In this document: one piece after another, positions 39,136 through 49,891 of the stretch
Numbering within the stretch: position 1 is the stretch's first letter
Layout: every line of letters starts with the position of its first letter
Source of the DNA: a virus
Taxonomy: Duplodnaviria > Heunggongvirae > Uroviricota > Caudoviricetes
IMG/VR virus record: IMGVR_UViG_3300021255_000128
Location: 1-64,000 of that record
Direction: 5' to 3' (one strand)
Length of the DNA: 64,000 nucleotides
The notes under the pieces: generated by a model
The model's input: the letters and a program-made list of their open reading frames with translations, nothing else
The model's database searches: none
Told to the model about the DNA's origin: nothing
Program-made: the position numbers and the translations under genes

Positions 39136-39326
39136 TGGTTGCTGGAGACATTGTATACTTTCCATATAAAAATGGATTTATAAGATATAAAATTAGAAAA
39201 ATTATGGAAGACACTTTATTAGTACTTACATATAAAAGTGATGTAATGAATTGTATTCCTATTGATGATGTATTAACAACAGAACAATTTACAAAAATAT
39301 ATAAAAATGAAAAAATCTATGAGTAG
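39135..39326 (+). CDS. hypothetical small protein
   Basis: 63-aa ORF. Confidence 0.35.
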   Translation: MVAGDIVYFPYKNGFIRYKIRKIMEDTLLVLTYKSDVMNCIPIDDVLTTEQFTKIYKNEKIYE

Positions 39327-40407
39327 TTTTGATAGGTATTACATATCTCCTGCATTAGTTTCTGATATAGAACATCGCTCAGAGTGTGTACCTTATTATA
39401 ACGCTTTTTATTCTGATGAACAAGGTGGTTGGTGTTTAAGTGGAGCTCATCTTCCAATCTTTGTTGCACCAATGGCATGTATTATTGATGAACATAATTA
39501 CATGAAATTTGATAATGAAGGATTAAATCCAATTATTCCAAGAACTGTTGATTTTCAGAAGAGACTTGAAATAATGAAACAGATGATTTGGATTGCTGTT
39601 GGATTAGATGAATTGGATTGGATTATTGATAATTATGAGCATTTTGATTCAGAGGTTTATATTTGTGTGGACATTGCAAATGGGCACATGAGAAAACTTC
39701 TTGATAAATGTAAGCAAGCAAAGCTTAAATTTGGACAAAATCTAAATTTAATGGCTGGTAATATTGCAAATCCATATACATATATAGAATATGCGAAAGC
39801 TGGCATTGATTATGTTAGATGCACTATTGGTGATGGACAAGCTTGTGCTACTGCTGATCTAACAGGAATTAGTCAGAATACACCAGAATTTATTAATGTT
39901 ATTAAAAAAATTAAAACATCGATTACAGAAAATTTTATAGAAAATAAAGAATATCTTTCTATTCCTAAAATTGTAATTGATGGCGGTATTTCTAAAATTA
40001 GAGACATTGTTATTGCCCTTGCCCTTGGTGCTGATTATGTAATGTGTGGAAAGATTTTTGCTCAATCTGAAGAAGCTTGTGGAGAAATCTTTGAAAAATT
40101 AATACCTGTAACAAGAGAGGAAATTTGTGATACATGTATTCCGAAAAAGATTAATACAGTAACTGTATCAGAATGGATTCCTGGAAGAATGTATTATGGA
40201 ATGTCTACACAGCGCGCTCAAAAAGAAATGGGAAACAAGCGATTAAAATCTTCTGAAGGTTATGAATATTGGGTTCCTATTGAATATAAACTTTCGGATT
40301 GGGTAAAACAATTTGTTGATGTGATAGCTTCTACAATGAGTTATTGTAATTGTACTCAACTTGGAGAATTTATTGGAAAAGTCGCTTGGCTTGAATATAA
40401 AAAATAA
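39307..40407 (+). CDS. IMP dehydrogenase/GMP reductase family TIM-barrel protein (GuaC-like)
   Basis: VDIANGH (cf. DTAHGH), catalytic-loop-like TIGDGQACATADLTG, and IVIDGGISKIRDIVIALALGADYVMCG (cf. IADGGI..GDI.KALAAGA..VM.G). Confidence 0.6.
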   Translation: MKKSMSSFDRYYISPALVSDIEHRSECVPYYNAFYSDEQGGWCLSGAHLPIFVAPMACIIDEHNYMKFDNEGLNPIIPRTVDFQKRLEIMKQMIWIAVGLDELDWIIDNYEHFDSEVYICVDIANGHMRKLLDKCKQAKLKFGQNLNLMAGNIANPYTYIEYAKAGIDYVRCTIGDGQACATADLTGISQNTPEFINVIKKIKTSITENFIENKEYLSIPKIVIDGGISKIRDIVIALALGADYVMCGKIFAQSEEACGEIFEKLIPVTREEICDTCIPKKINTVTVSEWIPGRMYYGMSTQRAQKEMGNKRLKSSEGYEYWVPIEYKLSDWVKQFVDVIASTMSYCNCTQLGEFIGKVAWLEYKK

Positions 40408-40464
40408 ATTTGGAAAATTAAAATATTTTTCGTAACTTTGTTTTATGATACTTATAATCCTAAT

Positions 40465-40544
40465 TAATTGTTGGTTCGAATCCAACTTCTGCTTTATCTT
40501 AGCTGAATGGCGAAATTGGTTTACGCGAATGACTTGAAATCATT
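40465..40544 (+). ncRNA. second candidate permuted/split tRNA (T arm plus acceptor 3' strand, then acceptor 5' strand, D arm and anticodon arm with loop CTTGAAA)
   Basis: GTTGG-TTCGAAT-CCAAC-TTCTGCT-T (40470-40494), a 6-nt spacer, then AGCTGAA-TG-GCG-AAATTGGTTTA-CGC-G-AATGA-CTTGAAA-TCATT. The acceptor strands pair 6/7. No T arm follows the 5' half and no 5' half precedes the 3' half. Confidence 0.35.
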
Positions 40545-40620
40545 TTTTATTAATAAGTATCATTTAAAAATAACTGTTTGTCTCAACAGTAAAATGAGAT
40601 GTTAGCATTCATAGTGTTCC

Positions 40621-40660
40621 TCAACGCAATGCGCATTAAAGCGTTGAGGAATTTTCTATG
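40621..40660 (+). other. strong hairpin (9-bp stem CCTCAACGC/GCGTTGAGG) upstream of an HNH gene
   Basis: Inverted repeat read from the sequence. Terminator or processing-site candidate. Confidence 0.4.
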
Positions 40661-40699
40661 AAGAAGAAAGAGACTTATTAAATAATTAAATTGTTATGA

Positions 40700-41563
40700 A
40701 TGTTAACAAAAGATGATTTAACTCCAGAATTATTACAAAAAGAATTTGATTCTGGACTTTGACACATTGAAATAGGAGAAAAATATCATGTGTCATCAAG
40801 AACTATTTATGATTACGTTAAGAAATGAAATCTAAACGTTCCTCGTAAAAATAAAAAGAAAGAGGTTATAAAATTTGTATGTAAAAATTGTGGCAAAGAA
40901 TTTACTAAACTTGAACCAGAGGGTATTTGTTGAAACTGTAAACAAAAAAGAGATACTTTAGTAAACCAAGTACCTATTGAAAATAATAGTAATAGTAAAT
41001 ATCTTACAAATGTTTTAAAATTAAGAGCTGAAGGTTTATCTTATAAAAAGATTGCTGAAAAACTTGGGTGTAGTACATCAACGATATCTTATTTGTTATC
41101 AGATAAAACTAGAGAAAAACGCAAAGTACGATTAGAAAAATATAAAGACAATTGATATTTTTATTTAAAAAGACGTTTATCTGATTTTAGAACTAGAACT
41201 CCTGGCAATAATGTGACAATTAAGTGTGTCGATTGAAAAATAAAATTACAAAAAGGAATACAACGATTTAAAAATAGAAATAATATTATGCCTACGACAA
41301 ATTTTACATACAAAGATGTTCTTGATAAATTTGGAACAGTTGTTCAATGTGAACTAACCGGTAGAACAATTGATTTAACCAAAGATGATTACAATATTGA
41401 TCATATTATACCAGTTTCAAAAGGTGGTACAAATAATTTAGATAATTTAGCTTTTACCACTCCTGAAGCAAATGCTGCCAAAAATGGGCTTACCAATGAA
41501 GAGTTTGTAGCATTATGTAAAGAGGTTTGTGAACATTTTGGGTATACGGTAGTAAAAAATTAA
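40700..41563 (+). CDS. HNH endonuclease with HTH domain and 6 in-frame TGA codons
   Basis: LuxR/sigma-like HTH LSYKKIAEKLGCSTSTISYLL. HNH DHIIPVSKGGTNNLDNLAFTTPEANAAKNG. The frame is continuous only if TGA is sense. Confidence 0.7.
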
Positions 41564-41580
41564 TATAACATAAAAATATT

Positions 41581-41657
41581 CGTCTTGTCGTCCAATGGAA
41601 TTAGGACAGCTGTCTTCAAAATAGCCAATCAGGGTTTGAGTCCTTGCAAGACGACCA
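41581..41657 (+). tRNA. opal suppressor tRNA (anticodon TCA, reads UGA); Trp-like; CCA encoded
   Basis: Acceptor CGTCTTG/CAAGACG-A-CCA, D GTCC-AATGGAATTA-GGAC, anticodon stem GCTGT/ATAGC (one G-U) with loop CTTCAAA, T CAGGG-TTTGAGT-CCTTG. Confidence 0.75.
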
Positions 41658-41670
41658 TTAAAGTAATAAT

Positions 41671-42141
41671 ATGCCTGTAAATTACGATCAAAAATATAAA
41701 GAATTAACGAGTGGTCTTTTAAAATGTGTAGAACCATTGTCGGATAAATATTCCGAACTGTCTGGATTTGAGAAATGTGTTATAGTACTTAGATTAAATG
41801 AATATTCATACAGGGATATTCAATTAAAATTAGGAATGCCCGCTAAAAAATTAATTCGAGAAGTATTATTGAAAGTAAATCCAGAATTAATTAATACAGA
41901 ACAATTAAGAAAAATAAGAACTACTCCTGAATTACGAATCAAAGGAATTCTTGAAGCAAATAATGTTTGGGAATTTGATTTGGATGAATTTGGTGAATCT
42001 GTATTTGAAATAAAAAATGGTGAATTGTGGTTCACTGATGAATCAGGTTATTCATCTAAAATTAAAGGATATGATGAAAGAACTCAAAGGAGTATTCTAA
42101 AAAATATTAGTGATATTTTACATCTTGGAATTGAAGTTTAA
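41671..42141 (+). CDS. hypothetical protein
   Basis: 156-aa ORF. Confidence 0.5.
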   Translation: MPVNYDQKYKELTSGLLKCVEPLSDKYSELSGFEKCVIVLRLNEYSYRDIQLKLGMPAKKLIREVLLKVNPELINTEQLRKIRTTPELRIKGILEANNVWEFDLDEFGESVFEIKNGELWFTDESGYSSKIKGYDERTQRSILKNISDILHLGIEV

Positions 42142-42316
42142 TATGGAAATTTTATTTATTTATTCGATTCCTTGTATCATAAGTTTTTTACTTATGAATC
42201 AATGTTATAAGAAAAAATTGTTAGATTATCCAATGCTTTCTGCATTAAGTTGTATTATTCCTTTTGTAAATTGGATTGGATTAATATGTTTTATATGTAA
42301 ATTAATAAATGGTTAA
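42110..42316 (+). CDS. small membrane protein
   Basis: Hydrophobic. Confidence 0.4.
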   Translation: MIFYILELKFNMEILFIYSIPCIISFLLMNQCYKKKLLDYPMLSALSCIIPFVNWIGLICFICKLING

Positions 42317-43895
42317 TGAATTAAAGTTTGGGAAATATGCGAAAGATTCTCTTCTAGCAGGAATGTCAAAAATTGCTGAAGCAGTTGGATCAACTCTTGG
42401 TCCAAAAGGAAAATGTGTAATTCTCGATAATTATTCTAACGGTCTTCCACATGTGACTAAAGATGGAGTCACAGTTGCAAAAAATATTTTTCTTGAAAAT
42501 AAATTTGAAAATGTTGGTGCAACTTTACTAAAACAAGCTGCATTAAATACCGTACGCTCTGTTGGTGATGCAACTACATCTTCAACAGTTTTAGCATATA
42601 AGATGGTAGCTAATGCATACCCAATGCTTGAAGGACACAATTTGTCGTTAATTAAAAAAGGTATATCTAAAGCAGCAACCCACGTTCAAGAAACTATTCA
42701 AAATTCTTCAATGCCTGTTAATTGGGAGGAATTAGAAAAAATTGCAACAATTTCTGCAAATAATGATATAGAAATAGGAAAAATTGTAGCAGATGCTTTT
42801 AATAAAGTTGGATTGGATGGTGTAATTACGGTTGAAGAATCTCCAAACAATAAAACAACAATTGATATTATTAATGGTATGCAATTTGATCGAGGGTTTG
42901 AATCACACTGGTTTATTACAGATAAATCTAAGGGCGAATGTGTTCTTGAAAATCCATTAATTCTTATAACTGATCAAAAAGTACAATTAACTAGAGAAAT
43001 TCTTCCTGCTGCAGAATATTGTGCAAAAAATGGCAGAGCCATGTTAATTATTGCACAAGATTTCGATGATGAAGTTGTTCAAAATCTTCGAATAAATCAT
43101 CTTCAAGGAAATATTAAATGTTGTCTTGTAAAAGCACCATCGTTTGGAGATTATAGAAAATATGTTTTAGATGATTTAGCATTACTTACAAATGCAAAAT
43201 TAGCTACATATGACAATGGAATCGAACTACAAAAAGTAGACGGTTCTATGCTTGGATCTTGTGGTAAAGTAGTAATTACTAAAGATTCTACTACAATTTT
43301 AAACGGTGCTGGTGATGCAAAACTTATAGCAGAACGAGTTTCAGAAATTAAAACTCTTTTATCAACACTTCAATCTGGAGAAGAAGTTTTACAAAAATTT
43401 CATAAAGAACGTATTGCTCGTTTAGTTGGTGGAATTTGTTCAATTAAAGTTGGAGCTACTTCTGAACTTGAAATGAAAGAAAAGAAAGATAGAGTTGATG
43501 ATGCTGTTTGTGCAACAAGAGCTGCTTGTGAAGAAGGTATTGTTCCTGGTGGAGGAATTACATTTATGAAGGCATTTTTAACTATGCCTACAAGTGATGT
43601 TCGTGATGAACAGATTGGAATAGATATTATTAAAAACGCATTAACATCTGTATTTGATAAGATTGTTGATAACGCAGGTTACAATCCAAGAGAAATTGGA
43701 CAACAAGTATATCCTGAAGATAATATATCTTGGAATGCTGATACAGAAAAATATGAAAACTTCCTTGATGCTGGAATAATTAATCCTGCTAAGGCTGACA
43801 GACTTGCATTTGAAAATGCAATAGGTGTACTAAATATGTTTATTTCTACTAATTGTATAATTACAGAAAAAGATGTGTTTGCAGAAATTAAATAA
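42309..43895 (+). CDS. groEL-like: GroEL-like chaperonin (Cpn60 family)
   Basis: N-terminus aligns motif-for-motif with GroEL (KFG..A..LL.G...AEAVGSTLGPKG..V.LD......P.VTKDGVTVAK.I.LE.KFEN.GA.LLK). Length 528 aa. Confidence 0.85.
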   Translation: MVNELKFGKYAKDSLLAGMSKIAEAVGSTLGPKGKCVILDNYSNGLPHVTKDGVTVAKNIFLENKFENVGATLLKQAALNTVRSVGDATTSSTVLAYKMVANAYPMLEGHNLSLIKKGISKAATHVQETIQNSSMPVNWEELEKIATISANNDIEIGKIVADAFNKVGLDGVITVEESPNNKTTIDIINGMQFDRGFESHWFITDKSKGECVLENPLILITDQKVQLTREILPAAEYCAKNGRAMLIIAQDFDDEVVQNLRINHLQGNIKCCLVKAPSFGDYRKYVLDDLALLTNAKLATYDNGIELQKVDGSMLGSCGKVVITKDSTTILNGAGDAKLIAERVSEIKTLLSTLQSGEEVLQKFHKERIARLVGGICSIKVGATSELEMKEKKDRVDDAVCATRAACEEGIVPGGGITFMKAFLTMPTSDVRDEQIGIDIIKNALTSVFDKIVDNAGYNPREIGQQVYPEDNISWNADTEKYENFLDAGIINPAKADRLAFENAIGVLNMFISTNCIITEKDVFAEIK

Positions 43896-44604
43896 ATACG
43901 ATGTTTATGCAACATCGGATTTACATGGAATTCTACCAAAAATAGATACTCCTTTTGATTTATTACTTCTTGCAGGAGATTTAGTGAATCTTTATATGCA
44001 AAGAGATATGGGAGATACTATAGAATGGTATGAAGGTCCATTTGTAAATTGGATTAATACTCTTCCATTTAAAGATGAAAGCGGTAAAGTTCTTTGGATT
44101 GCGGGAAATCATGAAGTTGGTTGGGAAAAACTTGTTCCAGAAGGAAGAAGAAAAATTGCAAACCATATGACAGAATTAACTAATGGTAGAGCAATTTATC
44201 TTGAAGACGATTTATACGATTTTAATGGTATAAAAGTGTATGGAACACCATGGTGTAAAATCTTTGGAAATTGGGCATTTATGAAAAATGAGGACGGTTT
44301 AAAAGAAGTTTATTCTCAAATTCCAGAGGATGTAGATATTCTTTTAACACATGATGCTCCATACGGAACTTCAGATTTATGTTTTGAATGGATAGCTTGG
44401 GGAAAAACTCCATATCACATAGGTAATAAACCACTAAGAGATATAATTATTGAAAAATGTCCTGATTTTAATTTACATGGACATCTTCATTCAGCAAATC
44501 ATGCTGAAGAAGTACTTAATAATACTAAAGTTTTTAACGTTAGTTTAGTTGATGAAGCTTATAAGGAGGCATATTCTCCTTTATATCTAGAAATAATAAA
44601 ATAA
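43873..44604 (+). CDS. calcineurin-like metallophosphoesterase
   Basis: SDLHG, AGDLV, GNHE and GHLH motifs. Confidence 0.7.
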   Translation: MCLQKLNKYDVYATSDLHGILPKIDTPFDLLLLAGDLVNLYMQRDMGDTIEWYEGPFVNWINTLPFKDESGKVLWIAGNHEVGWEKLVPEGRRKIANHMTELTNGRAIYLEDDLYDFNGIKVYGTPWCKIFGNWAFMKNEDGLKEVYSQIPEDVDILLTHDAPYGTSDLCFEWIAWGKTPYHIGNKPLRDIIIEKCPDFNLHGHLHSANHAEEVLNNTKVFNVSLVDEAYKEAYSPLYLEIIK

Positions 44605-44609
44605 AAATT

Positions 44610-44966
44610 ATGGGTATTAAGTATTATTATTCCGCTCCGACACAGATTCGGTGCGGATTTTTTATCGCAGATGCAGAAGGTAATTGGCTTAATGATCTTC
44701 CCATTAAGTCCATGTTAGTGAAAAACCTTCCTAGAGTTGTTATTTGTAGCATTCTTGATGGAAATAAGCTTTCCTTTGGATTTGCTACATGTTCAAGTAA
44801 AGAACAATATTGTAAGAAACGTGGGCAACGTATTGCTTATGCACGTGCTATTGGAAAACCTTACAAAGTTGTAGAACTTGAAGACATTAAAACAATTCAC
44901 GATGTTTCTGCTCAAGTAATAGATGAGATTTTTGATCTCGAAACAAAGCGCATTTACGGAGTTTAA
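44610..44966 (+). CDS. hypothetical protein
   Basis: 118-aa ORF. Confidence 0.5.
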   Translation: MGIKYYYSAPTQIRCGFFIADAEGNWLNDLPIKSMLVKNLPRVVICSILDGNKLSFGFATCSSKEQYCKKRGQRIAYARAIGKPYKVVELEDIKTIHDVSAQVIDEIFDLETKRIYGV

Positions 44967-45104
44967 TGTTTCACATAATAATTCGTGGTAAAATTGAATC
45001 TGAAAATAAAGAATTTGCAGAAGAATTAGATAAATTTATATCTGAACATAATAAACTTGATGGAAAGATATATGTTTATGAAATATCTAAAATAAAATCA
45101 GAAA

Positions 45105-45497
45105 ATGATTAAAATTGAAGAGAGATATATACCTATTTACCATCAATTAGTTTATTTTATATTAGGTGATCCGTATGAGGTTCAAGATTATCTTACAGAT
45201 GTGTATAGGGATAATTTTGAATTTAATCCTCAAACAGCCAATGCTGTAGTATTACATAATCATTTAACCAGTTGAATTTGATTTGATCATAAGAATATTA
45301 CAGTTCCTATAATAGCTCATGAATTAGATCATGCTGTATTTGATTTAATGATAGATCTTGGCTTAGAGTTAACAGATCAAGAAGCATTTTGCTATTTAGA
45401 TGAATGATTAATGGAACAATGTGTAGATATATTTGTTATACAGATGGCTCCTATCAATCTAGTAGAGGATCAGGAGGATGAGCAAGCATCATCTTAG
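45105..45497 (+). CDS. putative zinc metallopeptidase (HExxH) with 3 in-frame TGA codons
   Basis: IIAHELDHAVFDL. ORF is continuous only with TGA as sense. Ends at TAG. Confidence 0.45.
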
Positions 45498-45871
45498 ATG
45501 AAAATGAACAAGTTATAACAAAATTATATCAGGGTAAAACCCATACAACAAATAATCGTATGGAATTAACAGCTGTTCTTGAAACATTAAAATATTTTAA
45601 AGAGCCAACTGATATAACAATTGTTTCAGATTCACAATATGTAATCGGAGGAATTAATGGTTCTGCTAAAAAATGAATCGAAGATTCTGATTTAACTAAA
45701 AAGAATTTAGATCTTTGGTTTCAAGTTGTTGAATTACTTGAAAAACACAAAGTTACAACAATTTGAACCAAAGGTCATATTGGAAACAAATGAAACGAAG
45801 AAGCGGATCGTTTGTGTGTGTTTGCAGCACAATGTTATAATTTAGAGAGAGATGTATGAACTATCGAATAA
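45419..45871 (+). CDS. rnh: ribonuclease H (RNase HI-like), 4-5 in-frame TGA codons
   Basis: MCRYICYTDGS...GSGG(W)ASII, TAVLETL, SDSQYV, DLWF, TTI(W)TKGH, NEEADRL. TGA falls where E. coli RNase HI has aromatic or Trp residues. Confidence 0.8.
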
Positions 45872-46227
45872 GATTTAAAAAATTAGGATCAAATTGGTAT
45901 CCTGATATAGAGCACAATGATCCATATTCTTTAATATTGGATGAAAAGATTGAAAAAACTTTAGATTTGTTTAATAAAAGTAAATCTGGAGTAATAGACA
46001 TTAATTTTTGGGAAACATATACTGTAATAGATAATGCTACCATCATATTTAATGATTCAGATATATTGCGTTATCTAACAACAGATGATGATTTTGATAT
46101 TGAGTTTTATGTTGATGATCATCAATATGTAATATCTTCTAATTTATTTTATTTATTAGAAGCAAATTATAATTTTAATTTCCATAAATCTTTTTATAGA
46201 ATTGAAATACTTGATAGAGCAATTTAG
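45856..46227 (+). CDS. hypothetical protein
   Basis: 123-aa ORF. Confidence 0.4.
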   Translation: MNYRIRFKKLGSNWYPDIEHNDPYSLILDEKIEKTLDLFNKSKSGVIDINFWETYTVIDNATIIFNDSDILRYLTTDDDFDIEFYVDDHQYVISSNLFYLLEANYNFNFHKSFYRIEILDRAI

Positions 46228-46346
46228 ATGGGAAGGTAAAAGTTACTACCATCTTATTAATAGTAAGATTTTTAATTCTGATAAATTTATTAAAGAACGA
46301 TCTTATTCTAAAGGAAATTCATACTTTAAGATAACAAAATTAGAGG

Positions 46347-46862
46347 ATGAAGTTCAAAAACCAAGAAGAAAAAGAGGATAAAGTATTAATTTCTAAAGAA
46401 CTATATTCTGCTTTTTCAGATATTTTACAAATTGAGGAAGAAAAACTTGCACTTGTTGAAGCTGCAAAAATGTATTCTTTTATACATGGAAACATGAATG
46501 AAAAGAAATTCTTTAAATACTTGTTTGAAAAGTGTTTAGAAAATAAGTACTGTATTCTTGCTCATTTATACATGAATGAAGCACCTTCTCCAGAAAGAAC
46601 TATACATTCTATTAATTTGAAGAATTTTGAAAACTCCGAGAAATTCTTTGAATTGTTAGCATCAGCAGAAGATGATTATGTAAATATTTTAACTTCTGCT
46701 ATAAATATAGCATATAAAGATTATAATTGGGAGATGCTTATATATCTATTAAAGAAACTTGAATCTGTTGATCATTTGTGTTGTAGAGCATATGAAGCTG
46801 TTAAAAATGGAAATGATCCACTAACTTTAATTCCATGCGAACAACATTCTTCGGAGAAGTAG
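46347..46862 (+). CDS. hypothetical protein
   Basis: 171-aa ORF with TAG stop. Confidence 0.5.
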   Translation: MKFKNQEEKEDKVLISKELYSAFSDILQIEEEKLALVEAAKMYSFIHGNMNEKKFFKYLFEKCLENKYCILAHLYMNEAPSPERTIHSINLKNFENSEKFFELLASAEDDYVNILTSAINIAYKDYNWEMLIYLLKKLESVDHLCCRAYEAVKNGNDPLTLIPCEQHSSEK

Positions 46863-47151
46863 TTGCTACACAACCAGGGCAATATAAGATGTACGTGTTT
46901 AAAAATTTGGATGAACAGGATAGCAGTTTATTAAGATATTTTACTGTTACACAACCTCCAAATTGAAATATAGAAGATCTTGATATTGGTGACAAAGGTT
47001 ATGTAGAATGTGAATATGTTAATGCTGGAGATTCATATTATCAAGTTTCTACTCAGGAAATACAAACGTATAATTATACCGTTTGTTATTTATTAAATTT
47101 TATAAAACAAAAACCTAAAATAACTAATAAAGATTTTAAATTTTAAAGATT

Positions 47152-48003
47152 ATGAGTGATTTACAAGAAAAGTTGACACAGGCATTTGACGATCGAGATA
47201 AAGATATCAATCGTTGAACTTGAAAAATGTCTAATGGTACGGAAATAAAAATGGTTGACATGACATACGATCAACTTCAAAGAGCATATTGACATGTAAT
47301 TGATATGCTTTATAATAAAGATCCGTATCATCCTGGTGTACAACGTAAAAGAGATCAAGTAAGACGAATGTGGGATTGTGCTAATACAGAATTACTACTT
47401 CGTTATATTCTGCATGAATGTAGAGTTGATATTCTTAAAACAAATAAAGATTTACTTGATTTTATAAGTGCTCATAAAAGAGAGCATGGACTGAAAAATT
47501 CAGATACTGTTGATAAGATTTTTACTGGATTACCTGATGTATTTAGTTCTGTTACAATAGATATGTTGTTATCAGCTTGTCTAGATTCTTTAGATGCTTT
47601 TAATAGAAGATTGATTTCTGATAAATTTATTTTATCTTTAGGAATTTGACTTACTGAAGATGAAAAGAAAGATTTGACAGAATATGATAGTAATGGTAGA
47701 TATCGTAGTAAAAAGGATGTTATTAAGGAAAGATTGTTTTTGAATAATAATGTCGAATTACGATTTAATCCTCAAGGTTTGTCTTATAATGAATTTAGAT
47801 CAATTGTTCGATTAGAAGGAAGACCTAAATTCTCAAACATTCCTACTAATACTATAACTTTACTTCGAGATAAACTATTGTTACTATTGGATCATGATTT
47901 GGAATATCATATTAATCGTTGAAGTGTGCTAAAGGAAAAGATTGAAGCTGTCGCAATGCAGAACAATTTTATTCTAAAGCCTAGAGATGATAATCAAAGG
48001 TAA
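47152..48003 (+). CDS. hypothetical protein with 6 in-frame TGA codons
   Basis: Track ORFs 47305..47649 and 47674..47922 and the upstream ATG at 47152 share one frame, interrupted only by TGA. Confidence 0.5.
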
Positions 48004-49891
48004 AACGGCATTTGTTTATGATATTGAAGTATTTCCTAATTTCTTTAGTGTTGCAATAAAAAATACTGAATCTGGTAACATTCGTACATTTCAAATTTCA
48101 GAATGACAAAATGATATTGGAACAATAATACAATTATTTTTAAATCAAAATATATATTGAGTTGGATATAACTCAATTCATTATGATGCTCCAATTATAT
48201 CATATATTATTCTCAATTATCAAAAATTATCATCACAACCAGTTTGATTAACAAATCAGGAATTAAAACGATTCAGTGATTTAATCATTGAATCAAAAAC
48301 ATCTGCTTCATGAAAGAAATATAAATACGCTAATTTATTTGCAAATCTTGATTTATTAACAATGATGTTTGCAGAAAAATTACGAGTTTCATTAAAAGCA
48401 CTACAAGTAACAATGGAATATCGTAATGTTGAAGAGTATGATGGTAATTTTAATGATTTTCTTCCAAAGTCAGATGTAGAAAAATTAATTAATTATAATA
48501 TTAATGATATTTTATCAACTGAAGAACTTTTAAATAGGTTAAAAGGAGAAATTGATCTTCGTTTGGGAATAGAATCAAGTCTTGGTGTAAACGTATTAAA
48601 CCAGGATGGTGTTAATCTTGGTGTAGAAGTTATTAAAAACAGTTATTTGAAAGATACTGGAAAATCTTGATATGAAATTAAGGATTTAAGAAGTCCGTGT
48701 CATGAAGTAGATTTAAAAGATATCTATTTCGATTTTATAAATTTTAAAACACCATTATTTCAAGAGTTTTATAAAGAACTTTATAATACTCATATCAATC
48801 TCGACACAGAAAAACTTAAAAAGACAGCAGAACGATGAAAGAAAACGCTTAGAGTAAATGATCTTGAAATAACATATTCTTTAGGAGGTATTCATACTAA
48901 AAATAAACCAGAAATCTATAAAACAGATGATAAATGAATTGTTGTAGATTCGGATTGTGCCTCGATGTATCCAAGTGCTATTATAAATTTTGGATTGTAT
49001 CCTCAACATCTCGGACCAGAGTTTTTAAGAACCTATAAGAAGATTCGTGAGGACAGAATTAAAGCTAAACACAATGGCGACAAAATCATGAATCAAACTT
49101 ATAAATTAGCACTTAATGGTATTTCTGGAATGCTACAAAATGAGTATAGTTGATGCTATGATCCAAAAACAGTTATAAGACTCCGATTGAATTGTCAAGC
49201 AATGTTATTAATGCTTACAGAACGTTTAATAATGCTTGGATGTCGTATTGGACAACTTAATACAGATGGTGCATTATATTTAGCTCCTAGAGACAAATTT
49301 AATGATGTAATGCAAACCTGTAAAGAGTGAGAGGAAGAAACACAATTTCAGTTAGAGCATGAATACTTTGAAGTATTTTATCAATATGCTGTAAATGATT
49401 ATATAGGCGTGTATAAAGGTTATTCTGAATCACATGATCCCAAGTTAATAAAGACAAAAGGATTATTTATTCGTGAACCAATTCTTGGCAAAGGAATGGC
49501 GCCTCAAATTATTGCGGAAGCATTAGTACAGTATTTTGTAAATAATGTTCCAGTAAATGATACGTTATATAACTGTAATGACATTAAGAAGTTTTTAACG
49601 TTTCAAAAAGTAAGTCGAGATTTTAGTGTTGAATATAATGGTCAACTTTTAACGCACATTAACCGATATTATATGTCCATTAATGGACATAAAATTCGTA
49701 AATGTAAAATCGATGAAAACGGTAAACGATATGATTATGAGGATATGTGTGCAACTTCTGGAGTTACCTTGTTTAATGTATTAGAAGATATATCTCCAAA
49801 AGACGCTAAAATTAATTATAGTTGATACCGTAATGAAATATATAAAATAATTTATGCTATTGAGGATAGCTTAAATCCAAAATTATTCTAA
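47987..49891 (+). CDS. polB: family-B DNA polymerase with 3'-5' exonuclease domain; all 10 Trp codons are TGA
   Basis: Exo motif FVYDIEVFPN, exo II-like YNSIHYDAPI, Pol motif A DSDCASMYPSAI, motif C-like QLNTDGALY. Continuous 634-codon frame only when TGA is sense. Confidence 0.8.

Noticed and set aside
45856-45871. RNase H stopping at TGA 45857
   Set aside because: Ambiguous. With TGA as sense the protein ends four codons later at TAA. Both ends are compatible, and the readthrough end is reported while noting the overlap with the next ATG.
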